Shown here piece by piece: positions 27,510 to 42,232 of a stretch of 64,000 nucleotides of DNA. The notes below the pieces were generated by a model. It was not told where the DNA came from. It ran no database searches and saw only the letters and a program-made list of their open reading frames with translations. Every line of letters begins with the position of its first letter. Within the stretch, counting starts at the first letter, position 1. The DNA is taken from the NCBI RefSeq assembly GCF_009914755.1, contig NC_060935.1, one strand, 5' to 3'. The stretch is from the human T2T-CHM13v2.0 reference genome, Homo sapiens. Position numbers and translations under genes: made by a program.

Positions 27510-27960
27510 GAAGGCAGGAAAGAAATTAATTAAACAAGAGATTATTAAATGACGTGACAAGTGAACTGATAGAGGAAGAATACGATGTTATCACCATACA
27601 CGCACATAGTAGTTCAGAGTGGTCTTCTAAGGATTCATGGAGAAGTCATGCCTTGGCTCCCCCTGAAAAACTTGTAGGAGAGTATGAAACATTCAAGAAA
27701 CTGAAGGAAGTTTATTACGAAAGGAACTAGAGTGTGAATGTGTGATGTGGACGTTTGGGTGCAGGAGATGAGGGGTAAGAGATCATCTTAGGCCAAGTGA
27801 GAAAAGACTTAAAATAGTTTGCACTTCATTCTAAGGGTAATGGAAAGCTAGTGATGGGTGTTAACAAACTGAGAGTAAAAGATCACTCTGGAGAGAACTG
27901 ATTTGGAAAGGGGTAAGCACTAAGCCAGGGAAAGCAACACTTAATGGTTGTAATAATTTG
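27510..27960 (-). mobile_element. L2 fragment
   Basis: GCACTTCATTCTAAGGGTAATGGAAAGC and AAAGATCACTCTGG motifs. Confidence 0.55.
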
Positions 27961-29201
27961 AGAAGATCAGAGATCTTCATTCTTTTTAGAAAAATAGAAA
28001 AATGAAGAAAATCAACATGGTGCTAGAACATCGATGCTTATTATGCATTTATATTCAACTTTATTACTATATTATTGTTGTTATTGGCATAAACTTTATA
28101 GCTGTTGCCTAAAAATACAATACATTTATGCTTCTTTCAGTGGCTTAGATAATTCAAAGTAAAATAGAGGAAGTAAGGTAGGAGCTTCAGCAAATGACAA
28201 GTGGCATTTTGGCTGAGAGTTCATGCAGGAAAGATTGCCAGTCACAAATGCCTGCAGAGAGACCCATTTCTAATCATTATCCCAAGCTTTCAGTTTTGAC
28301 GTAGTGACTTCTTGATAACCTGTATCATTTTAAAATATATTTATATCAGGTGCTTCCATTTCAATTTTATCTTCAGCCAAACCCTCTCTTTTCTGTACTG
28401 TTCATTCCCCAGGATGCAATTCAATATTTTCATTGATTCCATCCAACTTATCCATTATCCTAAAATCAAATGCAGTACATTTGGCAAGACTGTCCAAATG
28501 TTTTGCTCTCTCTACCATGTGTTTATTTATTTGGGTACTTTCTATTTGATCAAATCTTCAATCTGTCATTTTTCTTTTTCAAACCTTGAATCTGAAACAT
28601 GATACAACTTTGATATTGATTATATAAGTTGGCAGCAGTTAGTGAGATTTGGAAACCATGTGAGCTGGCCTCTCAGAGCATCTAGTTTCCACTGTAACTA
28701 GCCTCATGGATATAAATTCTCATTTTAGTCATACATTTCCAAAATTTGATAAATACTGTGTCATTACTGTAATTACCCTCAATCAGTCCCCTTTTGTGTA
28801 GGATGATTGCCATCAGTGTTCTGGTTTCTCCATCTTCCTGTGAGGTGCAAAAGAAAACAAGTAGACCATAGGTAGTGAGTAGTTATCTGTAGTTTATTCA
28901 TATGGGAAACTAAGAAAGTAACATTAAGAAAGAAAAGTTATCGTTTTGCTAGAAAATAAAGTGGCCCCTTAAGTAAATCCAGGAAAATCTATTTTTCCAT
29001 AACATTTAAAAGATTAATACTTTCAGAGCTACTGACACTTTTCTAAACATCTCAGAGAAGGTTTTATCATTAGCCTTTCTTTTCTTTACAATGTAAACTT
29101 TAATGTTGTATTTTGGTAATGAGAAGAAAGAAGTCCAAAATAAATCCAGGGACTATACAGAAGGCACCATATTAGAAGCATTGATACATAAAAATACCGC
29201 T

Positions 29202-29558
<357 letters not shown>

Positions 29559-30211
29559 CTAACAATACAAGGGTATGGAATTAAGGTTTATGAGTAATGT
29601 ACTCCTTTTAGAAGAGAATTGTGGTGTATGTGTAACTTCTATAAAATCAAAGTATTTTGGTTCCACAAATATAAATAATCAGGAAGCCTGATTATATAGT
29701 TAGCATTCGGGCCTAAGGTTACACTCTAGCTTTCAAATTACCACGCCCTAAAATCTCAACTCTCATGTGTTTTTCTTGGAATACCACCTGCCATATTAAA
29801 ACTTATTCCCCAATTTCACCTCTAATTCATTCTAGTCACTCAAGACTGCAGTGTCCTTCCCATCTGATTCTTTGTTCTCATAATCTGGCTAAATGTCACC
29901 TTAAATCAACTTAATCGTGCTACCTTTTCTGAAACTATAATGAGTTTCTTTGTGTCTTGTTCATTTCTCTTTTGTAGGACTTGTAATCAGTACCACACCA
30001 TTGGCAAGTAATTGTATGCCAAGTTCTGTTGTTCACTCTTGGCTTTATGTGCTCTACAACAAGAGCATAAACTCCATAACTGCTTGCCTTTTAGGGCCTA
30101 GCACAGAGCTCAATGTATTTAATTACTTGATTGCTGATTCAAATTTAAACAATGGAAATTACATACATTTTTGGAATGAGCTGATGCCAAGTTTGAATTC
30201 TGCCTCATCTA

Positions 30212-32530
30212 TGTATTCATTTATTGAGCAAATATTTATTGAGCACCTACTATGTGCCAGGAACTATCCTAGATTCAGCAATAATAACACTACTAAAATC
30301 AATAACAATATGCATATATATAAAACCACACATAGACATAAACACACACACATACACACACACACATGCACAAGACAACACTTCCTATAGCCATGAAGCT
30401 TACATTCAAGTAATAGAAGTGGACACTTAAAAAGATGAATTAGATAATATCATAACAAAGAAACATAAGTAAAGCAGGGAACAAGGATATGAAGTATAAG
30501 ATAAAGGAAAAGTTGAATCACATGAGAAGGTATATTTAACAAAAGACCTGAAGAAGGTGAGGGAGTTATTCCTGAGGACTTCTGTGGAAGAGATTGTTGG
30601 GCAGGAGGAACACCAAATGCTGATACCCTGAGTGAGCAAGCAGCTTCTTTACAGTGTTTCAGGGAGAGTGACAAAGCCAAAGTGGGTGGAAAGAGGGAAC
30701 AAAGATAAAAAGAGGAGAAAAGGATCTCAGGCAGGTAATGGATGCTACATTTCTTGGAACTTTGCAAGCTTTCATTCTGACTAAGAAAAGGAGTGACATA
30801 ATCTGACATATTTTAGGATCTGTCTGTATACTAATTAAGAATGGGTGTGGACAGAGACACAGAGGCCGATTAGGAGACTGTGGCAATAATCTAGATGAGA
30901 AGATGGTTGAACTGGCACTAGGAGTGGTGAGAAGTGGTTGAACTCAGAATATGTTTTGAAGGTACAGACAACAGGATTCTGAATGTGACAGAAAGGAAGG
31001 AGCCAAAAACCGTGCTAAGCTTTTTGACTCTAGCAACCAGAAAACAGAATTGTCATTACTGAAATGAGAACAGAGGAAAGAATATTGGTGGGAAGTCAGG
31101 TAGTGCTCAGGTTTTAACATATTAATTTTGAAGTGCTTATCATTAAACCTCCTACTGAACATATGAAGTAGGCAGTTAGATATGTTGGTATGGAATTCAG
31201 AGGAAAGTTATTAGTATTAAGATGGTATTTAACTCATCCCCAGAGAGTGTTAGTTCATAGATAATGAGAGAACAACAAGAGAAATCCAAGTTCTAAACTC
31301 TGCCCTATGGCACTCTGATCCTTAGAGATGGTTGAGATGAAAAGGAACCAACAAAGAAACCGAGAACAAGAGTAGCTAGAGTAGCTAGCAAGGTAGAAGG
31401 AGAACTAGGTGAGTATGTTTAGATGCCAAGTATCAAATGGTTTTAAGGGAAGAGTGATCAGTGTGGTCAAATGCTAAGGAATGGCCACTGGATTTAACAG
31501 CATGGTGATCACTGGTGACCTTCTCAAGAGCAGTTTCATTGAATAGAGTAAAAACCTAATCTGAAGGTGTGCAAGAAAGAGCAAAAAGAAAGAAACTGAG
31601 GATGGCAGGAATAGAGGACTCTTTCAAGTAGTTTCGATGTCAAGAGGATGGGAATGAGTCAGTTGCTGGAGGGAAAATGGGATTAAGATGGGAGAAATTA
31701 CAACGGGTATAGGGTGATGCAATAATCAACAAAGAAGATGATGATGCTGGAGACAGAGGAGAGACTATCTGGAAATGTTCTTTAGTAGATAATAGCAGAT
31801 GGAACCCAGGGTAGACATAAAGGATTTGGCCTTAGGATTCACTCATAGTAACTGAATATTATTATATTACTATTTTATTACTATTTAGTTACTGTGTGGA
31901 ATATTTGCATGAACAGATATAGTGGTAGGAATTTTTAGAAGTTCTCCTATGAAGGCTTCAATTTTTAGATGAAGCATGATTCAAGGTCATCTGCTGAAAT
32001 CAAAGATGTAGAAAAGTTGAGGAAAGAGAAGAAAGGATTAAAAATCATCTAGCAAATTAAGAAAGGGAATGGACTAGGAACATAGAGTACAGTTACCAGG
32101 GATCATTTAGTATTTAAAGGCAGAATAGTTTGTTTCACTTTCTCTAGTAACATTCAGCTGTTAAGACGTAGGCTCAGAGTAACAAAGAACTGAATTTAAG
32201 CTGGATTGGAATTTTGCCAAATGAATGTGATACATTGGAGAGGGCAAAGGAGTTGAGGGTTTATGCGTGCATGATTATGATTACCCATAAATTTTAAGCT
32301 GGCTTAGAAAGCAAGAAAACACATAAAGACAATGAAAGATAGAACAAAAAAAGTAGGTCCAATAGATTAATGGTTCTAGTGGGATCAAAGGATTCTTAGA
32401 GTATAGCTCTAGAGGCAATTGGTCAGAGGGTAAGTGATTGAAATGGAGATTATGGAGAACTGCAGTTTTTGCCAATGTCAAAGGTATAAACATGAGAGTG
32501 AGTGACTACAGTGTGAAAGGGTGAAATCAA
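30212..32530 (-). mobile_element. Long L2 (L2a-like) fragment
   Basis: Canonical reversed 3' end ATTCATTTATTGAGCAAATATTTATTGAGCACCTACTATGTGCCAGG, then about 2.3 kb of L2 motifs (GTAGGCAGTTAGATAT, CACTGGTGACCTT, AGAGCAGTTTCA). Confidence 0.85.
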
Positions 32531-32569
32531 GAGAAATGACAAAGAGGAAGTTACACATAGCTTATGTAA

Positions 32570-32730
32570 ATATTGAGACTACCATTTACTAACTAACTTT
32601 TAGCAAGTTATATTTTCTAAGCCTCAGCTTCTTTATAATTAGAATGAGGACAGTAATTGCCTCATTAGCTTAAAGTGTGGCTGTGAAGACTCCTAATGAT
32701 AATGTGTCAAGGTACCTATGCCTTGGAACA
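32570..32730 (+). mobile_element. MIR fragment
   Basis: GCAAGTTA...TCTAAGCCTCAGCTTCTTTAT...AATGAGGACAGTAAT. Confidence 0.5.
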
Positions 32731-33984
32731 CTCAGTCTAGACTTTTCAAATTATGTCAAATTTAAATTAGGGGACAAGGATTGTTTCTCAAAACAAAAAT
32801 ACATAAAATTAATATAGACTAAATATTAAGAATTGTTTCAGCATATTTAAATTCAGACATGACTAATCAATTAAAATAATTGATGCATTCTGAATGAATA
32901 AGAAGTCAAATATTTATTCCTAAATCATCTTCTTCATTTATTTCCATAGTAAGCAAACTGTCCAATCTCGTTTTAGTTTTGCAGCATGCAAGACTCATCT
33001 AAGCCACTAATTTACTTCTGCTACATTAAAAATTTTAATTTTAAAAATAACTTTAAGATTCATTCTAAGATATAAATAAATAAATTAACAAGGTTTTCTT
33101 CCATGAATGAGCTTCTTAATATTAGCCTAGAATCATAAAACACATTTAAAATATAGGATAGGTGCTTTTTAGGAGATAGATATTATACAGGAAGTCAACT
33201 CAGAACCTAAATCAATTAACATAAAGTATAAATTAACTAAATACAGCATGGTATTAACAGTAACATAAATCTAACTTTCCTAGTAATTTATCACAATAGA
33301 AACATTAAATCCTAATAAAATTGAGCTATTTTGTTCAGGAAAACCCAGAATAACAACCTTAGAGAATGAAATTAGGAATAAACTAAGGATTTGGAAAACA
33401 CAAAATCTTATTTCTTAAAACTCAGAGAGAAAAAAGGAAGAAACTGTATTTAAATGTATCTACCTGTTGAAATATTTAAATATTTAATATTTAAAATGAT
33501 GAATCAATTTAAGTATGTGTGAAAAATACAGAAAAATTAGATTGTGATATTGAATGTTAAGCCTCAATAAACTTCAGGACAACAAATATTGAAAAACATG
33601 CAGGAAATTAGGATTATAAGAATGTAGGTTTTATTTTAATAAAGATTAGAAGTAGAGAGAAAAATGAACATTTTAACAGAAAAAATAGAAAGTAATATGT
33701 TTATCTGAAATAATTACTTTCTGAATAAAAAAGTGCCAAATAAACTTTGAAGAAATTCAGAAATATCTCTAACTTCAGAGCATAAGTGAGTTCCATTAAA
33801 GTTAGAGACATAATTTTTTATTTCAACTATGTTATTTTTAATGAGAAAAATCTTCCAATTGAAAACTTTGAGTTAAAAATAATAGCCACTACCATTTACT
33901 ACCATTTACTGTCTACAATGTACAAGTACTATGCTCATTGTTGGTGAGGTCAAACTAGGGAAAAAAACTGTAGAGAAGCTGAAT

Positions 33985-34110
33985 TTGACTAAAAATAAGA
34001 CAGGATTTTCTAACAATAAGTGTTATAATGAAAATGGAATTGAGTTCCTTGGTAGATATTGTGCTTCTGATCACTGAAGGTATTCAAGCAAAGATTTCAT
34101 GATATCTAAC
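33985..34110 (+). mobile_element. L3/CR1 LINE 3' fragment
   Basis: TTTTCTAACAAT...ATGGAAT...ATCACTGAAGGTATTCAAGCAAAG resembles the L3 3' region. Confidence 0.55.
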
Positions 34111-36097
34111 TAAAATACTTTGTAATACCAAGAAGAGTATGACACCTAGAGATGAGTCACAAAGGAAAAGACATGAAGGATAGCAGTATCACAAAGCAAG
34201 GTTGAAGAAAAGGCCAGCATCTGGGATGCCAATTTGAGCAGGACATGGCAGTAATTACTGGAGATCCAAGTAAGGGGATGAGTTAACAAAGGGCTAAATT
34301 GGCAGGCAGCCTGACTGGGTCCAGATGGGCAGATGCGGCCACATCAAAGAGACTCATCAGTTTAGTCAGTGACCCAAAGCAAACTTATAAGCCCAGGGCA
34401 TCTGAGTTCTAGAGGCTGGTGGTGAGAGAAGAGAGCAGAAGAACAGAAATTAGCCCAAAAGAGGCTGGAATTCAAGAACAAGATTTCATCTGCTGGTAGA
34501 ACACCAAAAGCAGAGCCCGCCTGACAGTGCTGGACCAGGAGATGTTGAAACAGAGCTTCCTCTATGCATTCCTATTTAAGAACTGAATCAACCTCTCAGA
34601 TTTAAAACCATCAGAAATAACTAAGTACTCACAATATGAAGATGAGTAGTTATACCTTGATAACAAATAAAATCCAAACACTTGATTAACCTCTTCAATG
34701 ACCTAGCTGTCAAGATGTAGAAAGTATTAGTTAATTGAACTTTGGGCACAAAATGAAGAAAAGATTTTGAAATGCAACCAAGCTTAATATCAAAAAAGTA
34801 ATTTATAACTATTAAACTTCTCAGTCTATTTTCTCACTTACTCAGCAATTTAGTGAATCTATTGAAAAGTTTTCTGGATATTGCTTACTATTCAGTTCAA
34901 AATTTTTACAAATAAAAATATTGAGTATTTCTTTAATGTTTGGCAAGATTTTTTTACAGGAATATAGAATACATCTCTTCCTAGGCTATATCCTACAAGG
35001 TAGTTAATTACAAAGATTATGTCATTGAAAAAAACAACATTTATTTTTTATTTGTTTATTTCAAAACATATTGTTATACTTTTAAAATTTACATTAGGTT
35101 TATTTCACTTACATTAAGAATATAAATATTATAGATATTATGTAATATTTTATACACATATGCACACATATATACTAAAATCTTACAATAGTGCTATTCA
35201 ATATAGAATTTAATTAGGTATATCTTAAATTTATCTTTGACTTAAATCACAGTAACTAACATTTGAAATTTTTAGGCAAGACCTTTCAACTCAAAAGAAA
35301 TGTGATCTACCAGGTCACAGGAAATATAGATATGTCTACTTGTCTTTTATTACATTAATATCTCCGTGTTAAAATGTGTATTGAGCCAAGCACACTGCTT
35401 GTATAAAAATCACTTATTTTTATACATCTAATGGGACTGTTTAATGGGACCTTTTCATTTACCATTTCTTAGACTGTTCTTATATATAGTATCTCTGTTA
35501 ATAGTTACCAAATTCTTGCAGGAGGCAAGGGAGATATTAGTTCCATGTTAGAGAGAAGAAGACTGCAGCTCTGAGAATTTAGGTTATTTGCCACTATGAA
35601 ATTTAGATATTCTCTTGGCTAATGATATATTGATGTTCACCTGTATAAATAAATATATCTTCAATGTGCATATATACATATAAAATTTTATATAGATGAG
35701 AGTCTCACAGGTTACATTAATGTGCTTCATAAGGTGGAACAAAAGTTATTAATTATACATATTAATGTGAAAATTACATTACACTAAAAAGTTAACTCTT
35801 TTAACTGTATTAAGGCATAACTGAAGTAATTAAATCAATAGGCTCTTCTGAGAAATATTTTAGATCAATGTTCATGAACAGATCAATACATTGATGTGCT
35901 ATTTCTATCATAATTCCATTTTTAATTAGTTAAGCAACACACATTGTATATCTTCCAGATAAAGAACACTTCATGAGCTCCTAATGATCCTTGCTTAGAA
36001 CCTCAAAAATGTAGGAAAGGTGGCCGAGTTCTCAAAGTAAGCTTCTGATATAGTTGGTAAATTGAATAGATAGGTGATTCTGATTGGTGCTATACCA

Positions 36098-36132
36098 AAA
36101 AAAAAAAAAAAAAAGAGAGAGAGAGAGAGAGA
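36098..36132. repeat. Poly(A) followed by (GA)n
   Basis: Seen directly. Confidence 0.9.
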
Positions 36133-36589
36133 AGAGCCATGATTACTAGTATCTTGGAGGTTACAGTTGAGACTAGCTCTCACTTTTACATTTGACCTTT
36201 CTTAGATTTGAAAAAAAACAAAAGGTAAATTTGAAGAGGAGAAGAATGAGGAATTTGGGCATAGAAAATTAACAGACCTGTTCATTTGCTATATATGATT
36301 GGAATTTTATTGTAGGATGCATTATTACCTACTTATGCTTGATGCTGCATTTATTTAACATGCAGATTGGTAATCTAGTGGCTCTCATTTATATTACAAA
36401 CAGAAAATGTTAACATCCTAATTGATAGATTTACATGATATGACATTTCATCATAGTTTTTCTTAGCCTTTGAGGCATATAAACCTGATTATTAAAGACA
36501 TGTTATGATGTAAAGCTGTCTTTTTGTTTTCCGTAATAAATAAGTGTAACTTCATGAACATCAAATGTTCTTGCTTCCAATTTATTAAA

Positions 36590-36631
36590 ACACACAAACA
36601 CACATGCACACACACACACACACACACACGC
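36590..36631. repeat. Imperfect (CA)n
   Basis: Seen directly. Confidence 0.9.
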
Positions 36632-38379
36632 ACTAGACCACTGGACCATCCTCAGGAAATGACACATATGACACATCTCCATGTTAAAGGAAAAAAGCAG
36701 AATCCCCCACTTAACAAGTTTATAAAACTATGCATTGTATTGAAAAAGAGATAAAATGAATTCTAGTTAAGTTGTATACTCCTGCACAGAAAAATGACAG
36801 TAGACATAAGGCAGCCTTGATAAAGACTGTTAAAGTTTCAAGAAGGTAAATAAGTCACAGCTAACAATAGTTGGTTGGAATGAAGGGAAAAATTATTATA
36901 AAAATAAATTTATTTTATATGGATGATTGCACAATTTTAAAATTCTGAGAGCATGGTGGTAGCTGTTGGTAAACTAATGCCTTCATTTTTTAACCACATT
37001 CCTTCTCTTTTTGGAATGGTAGAAAAGCATGTTTTACTTGAAAACTATTTCTGTATGAAAGCCACTGGCAAGTTGTATTAGATGTAAAGATCATTGCAGT
37101 GGGATTTTCAATTAAATGACTGGAACACAGCAGTTTGCCTTTTTTCCAAAGAGAACATAAAAATGACTGCCAAGAATAAAAGAAATAACTGTTGATACCT
37201 ATGAATATATAATATAAAAATAGGCTTTGGAGAATCTCTGTATCCTCATAAACTAAAGCAACTAATCTCAGGGACTATGCCCTCTTAGACACATAATTTT
37301 ATAATTTGAAACAATTTTATAATGGACTGAGAATGTATGCAAAATTATATGCATAATATTTTAAATTAACACTTTGTTACATTGGTTATTTTAAGCTGGC
37401 CTTTCCTTATTCCATTTCTGTAATACCGACTTTTACTATGATATTTATTTGGGAATGAGTAGGCTAAAAAGAAATCAGAGTACTGTTCTACAGACACTCA
37501 GTATTAGCTAATTAATGTGACTCATCAGTGAAAAGATTGATTCGGCAATAGAATATAGATAGAAAAGGCGAAGCGATCATCCATAATCTAGTAAGGCAAC
37601 TCACTCACCCATAACTGCTGGTTAAGAGGGAAAACATGAACAATTAAGTCTCTAAAATAGCTTTCCAATCAGTCAAAACTTCCAAAATGCCCAAGTAGTG
37701 TAAAGACCAAGTGGAGAGCAAGAAATCAGGAAAAAAAAAAAAAAAAAACAAGCCACAAAAAGAAAAACCCATATCAGAAGCCAAATTTTGGAATAACTAA
37801 GGCAAAAGGCATTAGCCAAAGTCAAACATCACCATAAACTAAATGACTGAATTAGCATAAAAGCCAAAAACAAAAAATTCAAGAATGCAAAAAGGTTAGT
37901 ATAGTGATCAGCTGCACTTCCCTCTGGCTCTGGACTTTCTTGACCCTAATAATTGCTAATAGCTTAGGAGGTTATCCCATCCATAGACATTTCCATTTTA
38001 GTAAGGATTTATGAAATTTTAAAAGCCTTCTCGACACAAAGTGTGTATTCTACTATTAAATGACAAAATGTCAGATTCTGTGAAGTTATTTTGTGGCAGA
38101 CAGCCTTCCTTAGTAACCCATAAATGTGGCCTAACTGGAAACGAAGGGCTTGACTCAAGATCCCATTTAATCAATAAATTTAGAAGAAAATATAATTAGA
38201 TTAGAGAGGCCTTAAAACAACAAAGAACCAAAGCAATCTGTAATTGCAGAAGAGAAATTCAAAGCTAGCCTGATTTTATAATCCAATAAAAGTAATTTGT
38301 ATTTTTTTCTTGTTCTCTTTAGACCAGTAAGTGTAAGCTTTTGTTTGTTTTAGTTAAAACATTTAAACTTCCCATTAAA

Positions 38380-39850
38380 TAAGATGAACTGAATTCTTTG
38401 TTTGTTTGTTTACCACCATTTTCTCCAATATCCTACAAAATGACAATAAAAAAGAAATATAAGTGGTTGAGATATGTTCATATCCCCACATAATGGGAAT
38501 AGGAGAACAAAATTGGGGGGCCAGTCAAGCAGAGAGATTTCAGGTATTTAATTTAGCAGAACAGAGGAAGCTGATGGCTAGATCAGAACAGAGAGATAGA
38601 ACAAAGGAGAACAAACAATTCAAATCACAGAACCCATCAGAAAAGTTGAAGAATGGAGGTACCAGTTTCCTTGAAAAGAAGACCTCTGGGGCTGGAAACA
38701 GGTATATTGATTGAAAATGTATTTAAAAACTCAAACTCCCCATTTCTTTCCTAAGTCAGGTAAATGGCATTTGCCCACCTCTCATCCTGTACAAATCTGA
38801 GTGTTTACTTTTTGAGGAGAACAAAGCAAAGATATTCCAGACTTGCAGACACAAAACAGTTTAGAGAAGATGTGCCATGAAGAAAACAGGCTGTGAAATG
38901 AAATTTTGTATATTGAATGGTACCCAGGTCTTCTAGTGAGCTTTTTAGTGCCTTATTTGTAAATATTAGTGCACAGCCACTGAGAAATTCAAGAAAAGTG
39001 CCCCAAAAAAGTCCGAACACTTTAACGAGATAAGAGATGGTGCTACATATGCATGAAACAAGAACAGGAGACCATAAAAGGGAATATTCAAAAAACAACA
39101 AAAAAGATAGCTCTTGAAAATTAAAAAAAGATAACAAAAATAAATATAAAAAGGAATTGAAGTGTAACATTGACAAAATATTTTAGAAAACTAAAGACAA
39201 AGGAAATATAGAAGTGAAAAACTTAAGAGATATTGAGAATCAGTCCATGACACCAAATAGTCAAGCAATAGTAATTCCTAAAAGAGAAGACAGAAAACTA
39301 AAAATTTCATAGACTCTAAGGATAAGAATTTTCAAATTGAACAGAGCCATGGATGGCTCAAAACAACAAATGAGGGAAAAATCCTTATTTATGTCATTAT
39401 GTAATTTAAGAACACTGGGAATAAAGAGTAGCCCCTAACTGCTTTCAGAGAGGGTAGTAAAATGATCTAATACAAACAATGGGAATACGATAACATTGTG
39501 TATTTAACTATCTCAAAATTATAACAATTTTATTAGAAGCATAAGAATGAAAGAGGGTAAACAGATATGAATTGTATGGAATCTAGATAGCTCAGTCCTC
39601 ATCTTTTATGATGAGATATCAATAGATAATGTTAAACATTGAAAAAGAGTCAAGATATAGCAGTACAAGTATATTTTGAACTTACACATTTAGAAATTTA
39701 TAAAGAAGTCAAAACCATCAGAAACTTCTAAGAGTTTCAAGTGCTTACCTCTGAGGAATAAAAATTGAGGTTACAGAGGAAAAATCTTTTTCTTTCTATG
39801 CCTTGCAGAACTAGCTGTCTTGATAAACTGGTATCAAACTTGATAACTTT
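38380..39850 (+). mobile_element. Ancient L1M 5'/ORF1-like and 3' remnants
   Basis: CTCTTGAAAATTAAAAA, TTTCAAATTGAACAGAGCCA and AAGAACACTGGGAATAAAGAG motifs. Confidence 0.5.
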
Positions 39851-39869
39851 GATTAATTTTCATTAGCAG

Positions 39870-40450
39870 TGTGTTTTGATGTCAATTTCTGCTTTGGTTT
39901 TTATGAAGATCAAAGAGACCTATACATATCCAATTATTTTTTTCAGCTCTGAGAAGTTGTTTGCTTGTGTTTTTTTTCTCCTTCTCTATCACAAATTCTT
40001 GGGTTTATCTCTGTCCATTATTATTCAGACTCTAGTTACTCATATAATAACTCTCCATATTTTATCTTCTACTCTAATCATTTCTGCTCACATTGTCTGC
40101 CCTTTGCTTACTTCCTTCATGTTCTGAATACTTCTCATAGTTACCTTCTGTTTAGCTTCAAATAATCTGTACAGCCTGTTACCTTTTACTGTTTTCAATG
40201 TTAATTTTATTTGATCTACTTCAATTTTCATATCTCAATACTCTCTTTTGATTCTCTTATTCTATTTAATAGAAAATAGCTATTTCTAAAATTTATTTCT
40301 TTGTAATATATTAAATCTGATTAAAGAGATAGATCCTACTCTGCATTTCATAGTGTTGTTCGTGTGTGTGTGTTAAAAATCTTTTCCATTGATCTAATAT
40401 TATTGTTCTCTATTTATTCATCCATGAGATGGATTTGTTGATCTTTGTTT
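39870..40450 (-). mobile_element. Ancient L1M ORF1-like fragment, opposite orientation
   Basis: T-rich degraded L1 text (TTTTTCAGCTCTGAGAAGTT, CAATTTTCATATCTC). Confidence 0.4.
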
Positions 40451-41269
40451 TGGGGCTCAATTAATTTTGAAGGGCTACTTTAAAACACACCCCTAGAGTC
40501 CTGGTTGAAATAAATTAAAATGCTACTCATATCTAGAACCAGAGAGAGAAAAGAAAGATAAACAATAATATGGGTGACTTTTAATGTGGCCCAGGTACTT
40601 GAAGTCCTTTCTCCCTGGATCCAAGGTTGGAAGGCAAAGAGAGAAGAGAGAGAAAAGGCAAGTATAGATCAATTTGCACTGGGAAGTTATGGTACTAAGA
40701 CTTTTCAGAATTTGTAATAATCTTCATTCTTTTTTATTATTGTGGCTTGATCTAAAATATTTTAATGGTGATAAAGAAGTTGAGGAATGTCAAGGTCTTT
40801 GAGCATACCTGTAATTCAATCCTCTTTCCCAAAAGTTGTAAAATCAGATATACAGACAGATCAGATCCACAGACAAACAAATTCTTTAAAAACTGATAGA
40901 GATTTTGATCAAAAATATATTTAAGTCCATCTTCTCCCTAAATATAAATAAGTACATGGCTAACCTGTCTCACAAGTAGTAAAGTGCAGATTCAATCTAT
41001 AAATCCCCTGAAATTTAAAATAACTGCTTTTCTAAAAGTCTGCTAACTAATAAAAATAAAACATTAATAACAAAGCAGGAACAGAAAGATCTACAGCTAA
41101 ATTCCTAACATGACGGCAAGTGTAGAATTTAATGAATTCCAAGGAAAAACAAATAGCTTCACACATATTTAAATTTTTTTATTCAGGTAACCAAATAAAA
41201 ATGCAGTTAGGTCAGTTAGTCATCATTTCTAAGTTTTTATTTATTTTTGAATATAGTATGAATTTTATT

Positions 41270-41428
41270 TGATAATTATTTGTTAATAGTGGTTCATTAA
41301 TTGTGACAAATATACCTCACTGAGGTAAGATGTTAAAATAGGGAAAACTGGGTGCAGGGTATTTAGGAACTCTCTGTACTGTCTTTGCAATTTTATGTAA
41401 ATCTAAAATTTTAAAATAAAAAAATTTA
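41270..41428 (+). mobile_element. L1MC/MD 3' terminus
   Basis: GGTTCATTAATTGTGACAAAT...GGAACTCTCTGTACT...GTAAATCTAAAA...AAAATAAAAAA. Confidence 0.8.
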
Positions 41429-41467
41429 AAGTTAACCTATATTTTATTCTAACTCACTTTCTAATCT

Positions 41468-42232
41468 GTTTTTATTTTCATAGCTACATAATAGTTTTAC
41501 ATATTTATGGGGTACATGTGATACTTTGATACAAGCATACAAAGTGTAATGATCAAATCTAGGTAACTGGGATATCCATCACCTCAAACACTTATCATTT
41601 ATTTGTGTTGGCAATATTCCAGATTTACCCTTCTAGTTATTTTAAAATATGTAATAAATTACTGTTAACTAGAATCTCCCTATTGTGCTACTAATATGGT
41701 TTGGCTCTGTGTCCCCACTCAAATCTCATCTCGAATTGTAATTCTCACATGTCAAAGGAGGGACTTGTAATCCCCACGTGTTGAGGGAGGGAGATGATTG
41801 GATCATGGAGGCAGTTTCCCCTATGCTGTCGCGTGATAGTGAGTGAGTTCTCACAATATCTGATGGTTTTATAAGGGCTCTTCCCCTTTACTTCACTCTC
41901 CTCTCTCTTGGTGAAGAAGGCCTTGCTTCCCCTTTGCCTTCTGTCATGATTTTACGTGTCCTGAGGCCTCCCAAACCATGCAGAACTGTGAGTCAATTAA
42001 ACCTCTTTCCTTTATAAATTACCCAGTCTCAGGTAATATCTTTATAGCAGTGTGAGAATGGACTAGTACAGCTACCAAACGCTAGATCTTATTTCTTCTA
42101 TCTTTACTGTATTTTTGTACCCATTACCCATCCCCTCTTTATCCTCCCCTCCTCACTACTCTTCCAAGCCTTTGGGAGCCACCATTCTTTTCACTACCTC
42201 CACAAGATCATTTTTTTTAAACTCCCATATAT
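41468..42232 (-). mobile_element. L1MA 3' end interrupted by a THE1 LTR
   Basis: TACATATTTATGGGGTACATGTGAT...TGTAATGATCAAATC...GGGATATCCATCACCTCAAAC; resumes after the LTR. Confidence 0.85.
41692..42070 (+). mobile_element. THE1D-like solo LTR
   Basis: TAATATGGTTTGGCTCTGTGTCCCCAC...GGACTAGTACA, 379 bp. Perfect 5-bp TSD GCTAC at 41687-41691 and 42071-42075. Confidence 0.93.

Noticed and set aside
29950-30390. Longest ORF (146 aa)
   Set aside because: TTG start, and it runs through an L2 end and a (CA)n tract.
34120-34560. GC-richer, possibly LTR-derived block with TGAGTCA
   Set aside because: I could not assign a family or termini with confidence.
41736-41792. Degenerate ~29-bp duplication inside the THE1 LTR
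   Set aside because: The copies are diverged, and I recall this as a variant of the LTR family rather than a locus-specific event.
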